From assembly GCA_018433945.1 (NCBI GenBank), contig JAHDQF010000013.1, forward strand, positions 9,672 through 73,671: DNA of 64,000 nucleotides. The letters are read 5' to 3'. The stretch comes from Proteiniphilum sp. GTDB lineage: Bacteria; Bacteroidota; Bacteroidia; Bacteroidales; Dysgonomonadaceae. The first letter of the stretch is position 1. Every line of letters begins with the position of its first letter. The position numbers were made by a program, and so were the translations under genes. Positions 56,417 through 64,000 of this stretch are shown piece by piece. The notes under the pieces were generated by a model that saw nothing but the letters and a program-made list of their open reading frames with translations, did not search any database and had not been told where the DNA came from.

Positions 56417-57355
56417 ATGGAGATTGTATGGTTGTTGCTCTCACTTGTAATTCTTTATTTTGGTGCCGAAGGGTTGGTGTCGGGAGCTGCCTCACTGGCC
56501 AAGCGGATCGGTATCAGCCCCCTGGTGATTGGACTCACCATTGTCTCCGTGGGGACCAGTGCGCCAGAGCTGCTGGTCAGCGTGAAGGCCGCCCTCAACG
56601 GGCAGGGTGCCCTCTCTGTGGGGAACGTGCTGGGATCTAACTTCTTCAACCTGGGCATCATCCTTGGCATCTCTGCGCTGATCTACCCGCTTGCGGTGAA
56701 GCGGCAGCTGCTCAGGCTCGATGTGCCGGTGATGGTGCTTTCCTCACTGCTTTTTTTGCTCTTCTTCCACGATTCCACCATCTCCCGCCTGGAGGCGTTG
56801 ATCTTCGTGCTGATCATTGTTTCCTATATCACCTATATGCTGATCACTTCGAGCAAAGAAAAACCTGCACAGAAGGGTGAAGAGGAGGATGAGATCAAGA
56901 TAAGCAAGCACTGGCTGCTCGATATGCTCTTTATCGGTGTGGGAATGGCTGCGCTGGTCTATGGCTCCGACCTGCTGGTGGTGAACGCGGTGATCATTGC
57001 CGGATGGTTGGGCATGTCGGATGCATTGATCGGACTCACCATTGTCGCAGCCGGAACCAGCATGCCGGAGCTGGCTACTTCGGTGGTGGCGGCGCTCAAG
57101 AAACGTTCCGACATTGCCATTGGAAACGTGGTGGGATCCAACATTTTCAATATTTTCCTGATCCTGGGTGTCACCGGACTCATCGCACCCCTGCATACAA
57201 CCGATATCAACTATGTGGATGGACTCTTTAACCTAGGCATCGGCGTGTTGCTCTGGCTCTTCATGAAGCGCAGCTCACGCATCAGACGCAGCCAGGGGGC
57301 CATCTTCCTGGGGGCTTACCTGATCTACTTCACCTACAAGCTCTTTCTTATTTAG
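56417..57355 (+). CDS. Calcium/sodium antiporter (CaCA/YrbG family)
   Basis: 312-aa ORF with two alpha-repeat motifs (GTSAPELLVS and GTSMPELATS, each followed by GNV[LV]GSN[IF]FN). Confidence 0.9.
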   Translation: MEIVWLLLSLVILYFGAEGLVSGAASLAKRIGISPLVIGLTIVSVGTSAPELLVSVKAALNGQGALSVGNVLGSNFFNLGIILGISALIYPLAVKRQLLRLDVPVMVLSSLLFLLFFHDSTISRLEALIFVLIIVSYITYMLITSSKEKPAQKGEEEDEIKISKHWLLDMLFIGVGMAALVYGSDLLVVNAVIIAGWLGMSDALIGLTIVAAGTSMPELATSVVAALKKRSDIAIGNVVGSNIFNIFLILGVTGLIAPLHTTDINYVDGLFNLGIGVLLWLFMKRSSRIRRSQGAIFLGAYLIYFTYKLFLI

Positions 57356-59816
57356 CAACCGATAAATCTTTGGCGTGGGCCACTTTCTCAGGGAGCAGTG
57401 CCAGTTCGAGCACTTCCCTTACATCATTCACGTAGTGGAAAGTGAGTCCTTTCAGATAATCGGGCTTGATCTCCTCAATATCCTTTTTGTTTTCACTGCA
57501 GAGGATCACATCCTTGATGCCTGCCCGCTTGGCGGCAAGAATCTTTTCACGGATACCGCCCACCGGTAACACCTTGCCCCGCAGCGTGATCTCGCCGGTC
57601 ATCGCCAGGTTGGGGCGTACTTTGCGTTGTGTGAATGCCGAAGCCAATGAGGTGATCATGGTGATTCCCGCCGACGGTCCATCCTTGGGGATTGCTCCCT
57701 CCGGCACATGGATATGGGTATTCCAGTTTTCAAATATTTCCGGGTCGATCGCCAGCTCCTCTGCATGTGAACGGATGTACTCCATGGCCAGCATGGCCGA
57801 CTCTTTCATCACCTCGCCCAGATTACCGGTAAGCGTCAGTTTGGCTCCCTTGCCGCGGCTCAGTGAGCTCTCCACGAAGAGAATTTCTCCACCCACCGCG
57901 GTCCAGGCAAGGCCTGTTACCACCCCGGCATACTCATTCCCCTGGTAACGATCGCGGCTGTACTCTTCTACCCCCAGATATTCACGCAAATCCTGCACCT
58001 TAAGCGAACGGGGGTAGGGTTCATCAGCGGCGATATGACGCGCCACACGACGCATGATTTTGGCAATCTTCTTGTTCAGCTCGCGCACCCCTGACTCGCG
58101 GGTGTAGTTTTCAATGATGTGCTGCAGCGTGGGTTTGGGAATCGTGAACGCCCCTTTTTCGATGCCATGGTTCAGCAGTTCCTTGGGTACCAGATGGCGG
58201 TGAGCGATCTCAATCTTCTCCTCGGTAATGTACCCTCCCACGTTGATCAGCTCCATGCGGTCGAGCAGTGGCTGCGGGATGCTGTTCAGGTTGTTGGCCG
58301 TGGCAATGAAAAGCACCTTCGACAGGTCGTAATCTATGGAGAGGTAGTTGTCGTGAAACGCCATGTTCTGCTCCGGGTCAAGCACCTCGAGCAACGCGGA
58401 GGAGGGATCACCATGGAAGTCATTGCCGATCTTATCTACCTCATCGAGTACGAATACCGGGTTGGAGGTACCCGCTTTCTGGATGTTCTGGATGATGCGC
58501 CCCGGGATGGCACCGATGTAAGTGCGGCGATGGCCGCGGATCTCCGCTTCATCATGCAGTCCCCCCAACGACATCCGCACGTACTTGCGGTTCAGCGCCT
58601 CGGCAATCGACTTGCCAAGAGAGGTCTTTCCCACTCCCGGGGGCCCGTAGAGGCAGAGGATCGGCGACTTGAGGTCGCCTTTCAGCTTCAGCACCGCCAG
58701 GTGCTCGATGATCCGTTCCTTCACCTTTTCCATGCCGAAGTGGTCACGGTCCAGGATCTTCTGCGCATGTTTCAGGTTGAAATTATCTTTGGAATATTCG
58801 TTCCAGGGAAGCTCCACGATGGTCTGCAGGTAGCCGTATTGTACCGAATAGTCGGGCGACTGTGGGTTGAGACGTTCCAGTTTCAGCAGCTCCTTCTCGA
58901 AGGTTTCCGCCACGGCGCTGCTCCATTTCTTCTTTGCCGCCTTCTTGCGAAACTCATCAATCTCAATCTGTTGGGTGTTTCCTCCCAACTCCTCCTGTAT
59001 GGTCCTGATCTGCTGCTGCAGGAAGTACTCTTTCTGCTGCTTGTTGAGATCCTCCCTTGTTTTCATCTGGATATTCATCTTCAGTTCCAGAATCTGTGAT
59101 TCCCGGTTGAGGATCATCAGCAAGCGATAGGCCTGCTCCTTCTCGTCACGGATGCTCAGCAGCTCCTGCTTCTCCCTGCTGTCGATAGGCAGGTTGGTAC
59201 CACAGTAGCCGATTAGCATATCGGAGAATGCTTCGCTCAGGATGGTCTGTAACAGCTCCCTGGGCGGATCGCCCAACATCTGTAACATATGCACCATCGC
59301 CTCCCGGATGGAGTCCAGGATCGCTTTGTATTCCTTGTCATCTTTCTGCGCCTTGATGCTCTCTATGATCCGGTAGGTTGATTTCATAAAGGGTGTGGTC
59401 TGTGTGAGCTCCTGCCACTCAAACCGTTTTTTTGACTGTACGATGATGCTCAGGTTGTCGTCGGCCAGCTCGATCACGCGGATCACCTCCGCCAGTACGC
59501 CCATGCGATACAGGTCACCACCTTCAGGCTCCTCCACGGTGGCATCTTTCTGGCATACCAGGCCAATGTAACGTTGTGTCTTATCCAGCGACCGGATCAG
59601 CGCCAGTGAACTCTTCCTCCCTACAGAGATAGGCAGCGTACTGCCGGGAAAGACAATGGTGTTGCGTAGTGGCAACAGCGGCAGCGACTCTTTCAGATCC
59701 GCTTCATCAATCTCAGTGCTACCATCGATGAAATCGCTGGCAATAAAGGAGATCACGTTGGATTCACTCTCTTCTGTGAGGATACTATTTTTTTTGAATG
59801 GATTCATATTCTTCAT
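57348..59816 (-). CDS. lon: ATP-dependent Lon protease
   Basis: The start is ATG 59816 or 59807. The protein has a LON N-domain ([14 protein letters not shown]), a Walker A motif GPPGVGKTS and a protease motif PKDGPSAG. Confidence 0.93.
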   Translation of the reverse strand: MKNMNPFKKNSILTEESESNVISFIASDFIDGSTEIDEADLKESLPLLPLRNTIVFPGSTLPISVGRKSSLALIRSLDKTQRYIGLVCQKDATVEEPEGGDLYRMGVLAEVIRVIELADDNLSIIVQSKKRFEWQELTQTTPFMKSTYRIIESIKAQKDDKEYKAILDSIREAMVHMLQMLGDPPRELLQTILSEAFSDMLIGYCGTNLPIDSREKQELLSIRDEKEQAYRLLMILNRESQILELKMNIQMKTREDLNKQQKEYFLQQQIRTIQEELGGNTQQIEIDEFRKKAAKKKWSSAVAETFEKELLKLERLNPQSPDYSVQYGYLQTIVELPWNEYSKDNFNLKHAQKILDRDHFGMEKVKERIIEHLAVLKLKGDLKSPILCLYGPPGVGKTSLGKSIAEALNRKYVRMSLGGLHDEAEIRGHRRTYIGAIPGRIIQNIQKAGTSNPVFVLDEVDKIGNDFHGDPSSALLEVLDPEQNMAFHDNYLSIDYDLSKVLFIATANNLNSIPQPLLDRMELINVGGYITEEKIEIAHRHLVPKELLNHGIEKGAFTIPKPTLQHIIENYTRESGVRELNKKIAKIMRRVARHIAADEPYPRSLKVQDLREYLGVEEYSRDRYQGNEYAGVVTGLAWTAVGGEILFVESSLSRGKGAKLTLTGNLGEVMKESAMLAMEYIRSHAEELAIDPEIFENWNTHIHVPEGAIPKDGPSAGITMITSLASAFTQRKVRPNLAMTGEITLRGKVLPVGGIREKILAAKRAGIKDVILCSENKKDIEEIKPDYLKGLTFHYVNDVREVLELALLPEKVAHAKDLSVAK

Positions 59817-59846
59817 TTCGTTCTGTGCTGAAAACTGAAAATTGAC

Positions 59847-59854
59847 TATATTTG
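59847..59854 (+). promoter_or_regulatory. Bacteroidetes -7 box TATATTTG
   Basis: TAnnTTTG match 58 nt upstream of the methyltransferase gene. Confidence 0.4.
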
Positions 59855-59911
59855 TTTTCCTGTACCTTATGGCGTGACAAATTCCGTGCCAAAGAGGTAT
59901 GATGAAGGTGC

Positions 59912-60628
59912 ATGATGTCAAATTCCTCTTTCCGTTTCAAGCAGTTTACCATTTATCATGACAGGTGTGCCATGAAAGTGGGTACTGATGGGGTGCTTCT
60001 CGGTGCCTGGGCATCGGTAGATCATGGTATCCATATATTGGACGTGGGCACCGGTTCGGGGTTAATAGCCCTGATGCTGGCACAGCGCAACATGAATGCG
60101 GAGGTCACGGCAATTGATATCGATCAGAATGCCTTTCTGCAGGCCCGTGACAACGTGAATGCTTCACCTTACATGAAGAGGATCAATGTGATCAACACTT
60201 CCTTCCAGCAGTTTGCACTTCATCCTCCCCGGCTTTTCGATCTGATTGTTTCCAATCCTCCCTTCTTCTCCCGTTCCCTGCTTCCTCCCGATGCCGGAAG
60301 AGCACACGCACGACATTCCGTCAGTCTTTCGCTCGATGATCTTTTGCACGGGGCGGACCGTTGCCTCTCACCGGAGGGCCGACTGGCACTGATCTTGCCT
60401 GCTGACAGGTTGCCTGAACTGCTGCAGATGTCGGAATCACGTTCTTTCTGCCTGCGAAGGCTGACGCGTGTGGTGCCTGCACCAGGAAAACCTGTTCGCA
60501 GGGTACTGGTTGAGCTTTCACGGAGTGAAGGGATGCTGGAGGAGACCCAACTGTTGATTGAGGAGTCGCGTCATCACTATACACCTGAGTTTGCAGCGCT
60601 GGTTCGCGATTTCTACCTCAACCTCTGA
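59912..60628 (+). CDS. trmN6: tRNA1(Val) (adenine37-N6)-methyltransferase-like SAM-dependent methyltransferase
   Basis: 238-aa ORF with FRFKQFTIYHDRCAMKVGTDGVLLG, a SAM motif DVGTGSG and an N6-adenine motif SNPPFF. Confidence 0.8.
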   Translation: MMSNSSFRFKQFTIYHDRCAMKVGTDGVLLGAWASVDHGIHILDVGTGSGLIALMLAQRNMNAEVTAIDIDQNAFLQARDNVNASPYMKRINVINTSFQQFALHPPRLFDLIVSNPPFFSRSLLPPDAGRAHARHSVSLSLDDLLHGADRCLSPEGRLALILPADRLPELLQMSESRSFCLRRLTRVVPAPGKPVRRVLVELSRSEGMLEETQLLIEESRHHYTPEFAALVRDFYLNL

Positions 60629-60721
60629 AAAAAAAAGATGCGTAACCTGCTTGCAAGGTAGTGAAACACAAATTTTGGGCAAAAAAGCGCTCATCCTCAC
60701 CCGTAAGTCACAAAATTGTAG

Positions 60722-60729
60722 TAATTTTG
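60722..60729 (+). promoter_or_regulatory. Bacteroidetes -7 box TAATTTTG for hpt
   Basis: TAnnTTTG match 21 nt upstream of the proposed GTG start. Confidence 0.4.
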
Positions 60730-60749
60730 GCGTCTTAAATTCCATAATT

Positions 60750-61286
60750 GTGAAAGAAGTGATCACTATCAAAGACAAAGCGTTCGAGATGTTCATTGAG
60801 CAAGAGGTTATAGAACAGGGGATTAAACGTATTGCCAGCCAGATGAACGCCGACCTCGTGGGGAAGAACCCCATATTTGTGGCGGTACTCAATGGTGCTT
60901 TCATGTTCGCAGGTGAGCTGATGAAAGAGGTGACCATCCCCAGTGAAATTACTTTTGTGCGCCTGGCCTCTTACCATGGAACCACTACCACGAATAATGT
61001 AAAAGAGGTGCTTGGCCTCAACGAAAGCATCGAGGGAAGGAATGTTGTGATCGTTGAAGATATTGTTGACAGTGGGAACACCATGGTCTCACTCCTGGAG
61101 CAGATGAAAACGCTTTGTCCCCGTGATGTCCGGATTGCGACCCTGCTTTTCAAGCCTGCTGCGCTGAGACAGAAGCTTCATCTCGATTATGTTGCGCTGG
61201 AAATCCCCAACGACTTTATTGTTGGCTATGGTCTTGATTATGATGGTTACGGAAGAAATCTGAAGGATATTTATAAAATGAAATAG
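60750..61286 (+). CDS. hpt: Hypoxanthine phosphoribosyltransferase
   Basis: I propose a GTG start at 60750 (VKEVITIKDKAFEMFIEQ...). The PRPP motif VVIVEDIVDSGNT is present. The upstream part of the track ORF overlaps trmN6. Confidence 0.85.
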   Translation: MKEVITIKDKAFEMFIEQEVIEQGIKRIASQMNADLVGKNPIFVAVLNGAFMFAGELMKEVTIPSEITFVRLASYHGTTTTNNVKEVLGLNESIEGRNVVIVEDIVDSGNTMVSLLEQMKTLCPRDVRIATLLFKPAALRQKLHLDYVALEIPNDFIVGYGLDYDGYGRNLKDIYKMK

Positions 61287-61409
61287 TGCGCTGCCTGTCT
61301 CTTATGATCAAAGAATGTAAAATCCGCCTCAAATAGAAGAACGAACCATTAATAAATCTATTTTTCCTAATTTTATCCCCGAAAAAGGAGGTGATAAAAA
61401 AAAAATGCC

Positions 61410-61417
61410 TATTTTTG
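61410..61417 (+). promoter_or_regulatory. Bacteroidetes -7 box TATTTTTG for tonB
   Basis: TAnnTTTG match 50 nt upstream of tonB. Confidence 0.4.
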
Positions 61418-61466
61418 CATGAGAAGCTGACTTGTAATAAAAAGAAGTAGATAAAAAAAATTCAAA

Positions 61467-62165
61467 ATGGACAAAGATGAAGTAAAAAAATCGCCAAAAG
61501 CGGATTTGGAAGTGCATCGAAGCACCTATTTCCTGATGGGATTTGTGGTGGGGCTTTCACTCCTTTTCTTCGCTTTTGAATGGTCCACACGAACCAGAAA
61601 ACTGGACGAGACTGTCATCGTACAGGATGTGTTGGCCGAAGAAGAAATTGAGATTACTCGTCGTGAGCCCACTCCTCCCCCTCCCCCTCCCCCTCCGGAA
61701 CCAGAAACGCCCGAGATCATTGAGGTGGTAGAGGAGAAGGTGGAAACGAGGCTGGAGATCAAGACGGAAGATGACCAGTCACAAAGACAGCTACAGACCT
61801 ACGTGCCACCCCCACCTCCAAAGCCCAAGGAGGAAGAGGTGACCGAAGAGATCTTCGTGGTGGTGGAGAACCAACCTGAATTCCCGGGTGGCAATGCTGC
61901 CATGATGAAGTTCCTCAGCGACAACATCAAGTATCCGGTGATTGCACAGGAAAATGGCATCCAGGGTCGTGTGATCTGTAACTTCGTGGTGGAAAAGGAT
62001 GGTAGTATTACCGACGTGCAGGTGGTGCGTGGTGTGGACCCCTCCCTTGACAGGGAAGCGGTGAGGGTGATCCAGATGATGCCCCGCTGGAAACCTGGTA
62101 GACAGCGTGGACAGGCAGTACGTGTCCGTTTCACCTTGCCGGTGGTGTTCCGCCTCCAGAACTGA
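61467..62165 (+). CDS. tonB: Energy transducer TonB
   Basis: 232-aa ORF with an N-terminal anchor, a Pro-rich spacer (TPPPPPPPPEPETPE, PPPPPKPKEEE) and a C-terminal TonB domain (PEFPGG...GIQGRV...V). Confidence 0.9.
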   Translation: MDKDEVKKSPKADLEVHRSTYFLMGFVVGLSLLFFAFEWSTRTRKLDETVIVQDVLAEEEIEITRREPTPPPPPPPPEPETPEIIEVVEEKVETRLEIKTEDDQSQRQLQTYVPPPPPKPKEEEVTEEIFVVVENQPEFPGGNAAMMKFLSDNIKYPVIAQENGIQGRVICNFVVEKDGSITDVQVVRGVDPSLDREAVRVIQMMPRWKPGRQRGQAVRVRFTLPVVFRLQN

Positions 62166-62185
62166 TAAGAGACATTCTAAGCGAG

Positions 62186-62219
62186 AAGCTGCTTTTGTGA
62201 TACAGAAGCAGCTTTTTTT
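62186..62219 (+). terminator. Rho-independent terminator after tonB
   Basis: A 9-bp stem pairs aagctgctt with aagcagctt, followed by a T6 run. Confidence 0.65.
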
Positions 62220-62239
62220 ACTCTTACTCACCTTAATCC

Positions 62240-63229
62240 ATGCCAATCGTCATGAATGATAAGATTATACTGTTTGAAAAGAAGATCAGAGAAGCGATCG
62301 GAGCAGTATTGCATCAGGAGGAGCCCGATACCCTCTTTGCCCCTGTTCGTTATATCCTTTCCATCGGTGGCAAACGCGTTCGCCCCTTGCTTACCCTCCT
62401 TGCTGCCGACATGTTTGGCGCTGATCCGGAGATCGCCTTGGAACCGGCCCTGGCAGTAGAGATCTTTCACAACTTCTCACTGTTACACGACGATCTGATG
62501 GATCATGCCGATCTGCGACGCGGCATGCCCACAGTGCATTGTAAATGGAATGTCAACAGTGCTATTCTGTCGGGCGATGCCATGATGATTGAGTCTTACC
62601 GTCATGTGACAAAGGTGCCGTCACACCTCCTTCCGCAGGTGCTTGATGTTTTCTCCAACATGGCAATGGATATCTGTAAAGGGCAGCAGTATGACATGGA
62701 TTTTGAATCGCGGCTTGATGTCACTGAAGCTGATTATCTCGAAATGATCCGTCTCAAGACAGCTGTGTTGTTAGGCAGTGCGCTCAAAATTGGCGCAATC
62801 GTGGCAAAGGCTTCACCCCACGACGCGGAGTTGCTTTATGACTACGGCATTCATATCGGCCTTGCTTTTCAACTGAAAGATGACCTGCTGGATGTTTATG
62901 GAGATCCGCTGACTTTCGGGAAAAAAATTGGAGGAGACATCCTGGCCAATAAGAAGACTTTCCTTCTGATTAAAGCACTCAGTAAAGCCGATGAGGTACA
63001 ACGGGCAGCACTTGAGAGATGGATTACCGCAGCCGATTATGATCCTGAGGAGAAGATCAACTTTGTTAAAAATATCTATGATCAATTAAATTTGAAAATT
63101 ATTGCTGAGAATCTGATTGAAAAGTACTACCTTGCATCTTTGGATCTGCTCTCCTCCGTGGGGGTGGCAGATAATCGGAAAAAGGATTTATGCTGGTTGT
63201 CGGAGAACCTGATGTACCGGGAAAAATAA
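62240..63229 (+). CDS. Polyprenyl diphosphate synthase (trans-isoprenyl diphosphate synthase family)
   Basis: 329-aa ORF with two Asp-rich motifs, LLHDDLMD and QLKDDLLD. Confidence 0.88.
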   Translation: MPIVMNDKIILFEKKIREAIGAVLHQEEPDTLFAPVRYILSIGGKRVRPLLTLLAADMFGADPEIALEPALAVEIFHNFSLLHDDLMDHADLRRGMPTVHCKWNVNSAILSGDAMMIESYRHVTKVPSHLLPQVLDVFSNMAMDICKGQQYDMDFESRLDVTEADYLEMIRLKTAVLLGSALKIGAIVAKASPHDAELLYDYGIHIGLAFQLKDDLLDVYGDPLTFGKKIGGDILANKKTFLLIKALSKADEVQRAALERWITAADYDPEEKINFVKNIYDQLNLKIIAENLIEKYYLASLDLLSSVGVADNRKKDLCWLSENLMYREK

Positions 63230-63250
63230 CAAAAAGATGCAACAAAGGGA

Positions 63251-63946
63251 ATGCCCTATCGTAGATTACCCAATACGGACAATGCACGCATCAAGGCACT
63301 GCATACATTGATAGAGAAAGCTGCAGAAACCGACTTTCAACAATTACCCCTCTCACCGGCGCTGCTTACCGAAGCGCAAGAGGTGTTGACCAGGCTGGAG
63401 CGATTGTCGGCTCGTTATCAGCAGACGTACACCTTACAGGTAAAGGCCAACAAGCAGTTTCTCGTAAAGATGAAGAATGTTCGCATGTACCTCTCTCACT
63501 TTGTACAGGTTTTGTATCTCTCTGTCATCCGTGCCGAGATCAAGGAAGAGCAGCTGGCATATTACGGACTGGGGAGTGAGAAGTTGGTCGTACCCGATAT
63601 GACCACCCATGAACAGATTCTCTCCTGGGGGGAGAAGATTATCGAGGGTGAAAACGAACGTATCTCCCGGGGTGGGGTGCCCATCTACAACCCCTCCATC
63701 GCCAAAGTTAAAGTGATGTATTCGCTTTTCAGGGAGGCTTACCAGAACCAGCTGCTGCATAAGAAAGCAACGAATCGTATCCTAGGGGAGATCACTGATT
63801 ACAGGGAGACGGCCGATCAGCTGATTTGTCGGATTTGGGATGAAGTAGAGACAAACCATATGGAGCTGCCTGCTGAAAAACGTCTGGAACTGAACCGCCG
63901 GTATGGCATTGTTTACTATTACAGGAAAGGAGAAATGGTGGAATGA
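63251..63946 (+). CDS. Hypothetical protein
   Basis: 231-aa ORF with host-like composition and no motif I recognise. Its stop overlaps the tatD start. Confidence 0.55.
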   Translation: MPYRRLPNTDNARIKALHTLIEKAAETDFQQLPLSPALLTEAQEVLTRLERLSARYQQTYTLQVKANKQFLVKMKNVRMYLSHFVQVLYLSVIRAEIKEEQLAYYGLGSEKLVVPDMTTHEQILSWGEKIIEGENERISRGGVPIYNPSIAKVKVMYSLFREAYQNQLLHKKATNRILGEITDYRETADQLICRIWDEVETNHMELPAEKRLELNRRYGIVYYYRKGEMVE

Positions 63947-64000
63947 TGCTGATTGACACCCATGCTCATCTTTTCCTCGAGGAGTTTCAACCAGATTTTG
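63943..64000 (+). CDS. TatD-family hydrolase, N-terminal fragment (continues beyond the window)
   Basis: MMLIDTHAHLFLEEFQPDF carries the IDTHAHL metal-binding motif typical of TatD. The frame is open to the window end. Confidence 0.7.
   Translation, partial: MMLIDTHAHLFLEEFQPDF

Noticed and set aside
61674-61697. (CCT CCC)x4-like hexanucleotide microsatellite
   Set aside because: It encodes the Pro8 run of the TonB proline-rich spacer, a normal feature of TonB proteins. Any slippage in 6-nt units stays in frame, so it is not a convincing phase-variation switch.
1-64000. CRISPR arrays, rRNA genes, transposases/IS elements, integrases, toxin-antitoxin pairs
   Set aside because: Reading both strands, I found no regularly spaced direct repeats, no rRNA-like sequence and no ORF with DDE or tyrosine/serine recombinase motifs. 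The only mobile-DNA signatures are the compositional shifts and the junction scar reported above.

Overview
This 64-kb window comes from a Bacteroidota (Bacteroidales-like) chromosome. The diagnostic features are a fused lpxC-fabZ gene, TAnnTTTG -7 promoter boxes ahead of most operons, a hybrid histidine-kinase/receiver/AraC regulator, lipoprotein signal peptides, and a TPP-riboswitch-controlled TonB-receptor/PnuC pair.

From about 3.7 kb to 64 kb the sequence is mostly GC-rich core genome (hand counts on sample lines give about 52-62% GC). Its contents, in order:
- thiamine uptake genes, relA/spoT and miaB
- a succinate/acetate CoA-transferase and tRNA-Pro(GGG)
- lpxD, lpxC-fabZ and lpxA, followed by aguA and aguB
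- the complete rseC-rnfBCDGEA operon
- the oxidative TCA branch acnA-gltA-icd
- an EF-G paralog lacking the catalytic His
- a P-type cation ATPase and the Na+-decarboxylase genes oadGAB
- pnp, greA, a HIT gene, coaA, htpG, an ECF sigma factor and a CaCA antiporter
- lon, trmN6, hpt, tonB, a polyprenyl synthase and the start of tatD

Two segments stand out by composition.
1. Positions 1-3.7 kb are AT-rich (about 25-40% GC on sampled lines). This segment holds the right-hand end of a defence-type module: a helicase C-terminus, a DUF1998 protein (a DrmA/DrmB-like pair) and an auto-inhibited Fic-HTH protein. It abuts pnuC through a scar that contains a decayed second copy of the pnuC 3' end. The rest of the module lies outside the window, so it cannot be classified.
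2. Positions 43.5-50 kb are about 43-47% GC. This segment holds a sensor-less hybrid two-component regulator, a 617-bp AT-rich non-coding spacer, an HU-like gene and a 1171-aa Cys-free coiled-coil surface lipoprotein of unknown function.

I saw no CRISPR array, rRNA, transposase or integrase. All family assignments come from motif recognition by eye rather than searches, and small-motif coordinates were counted by hand.
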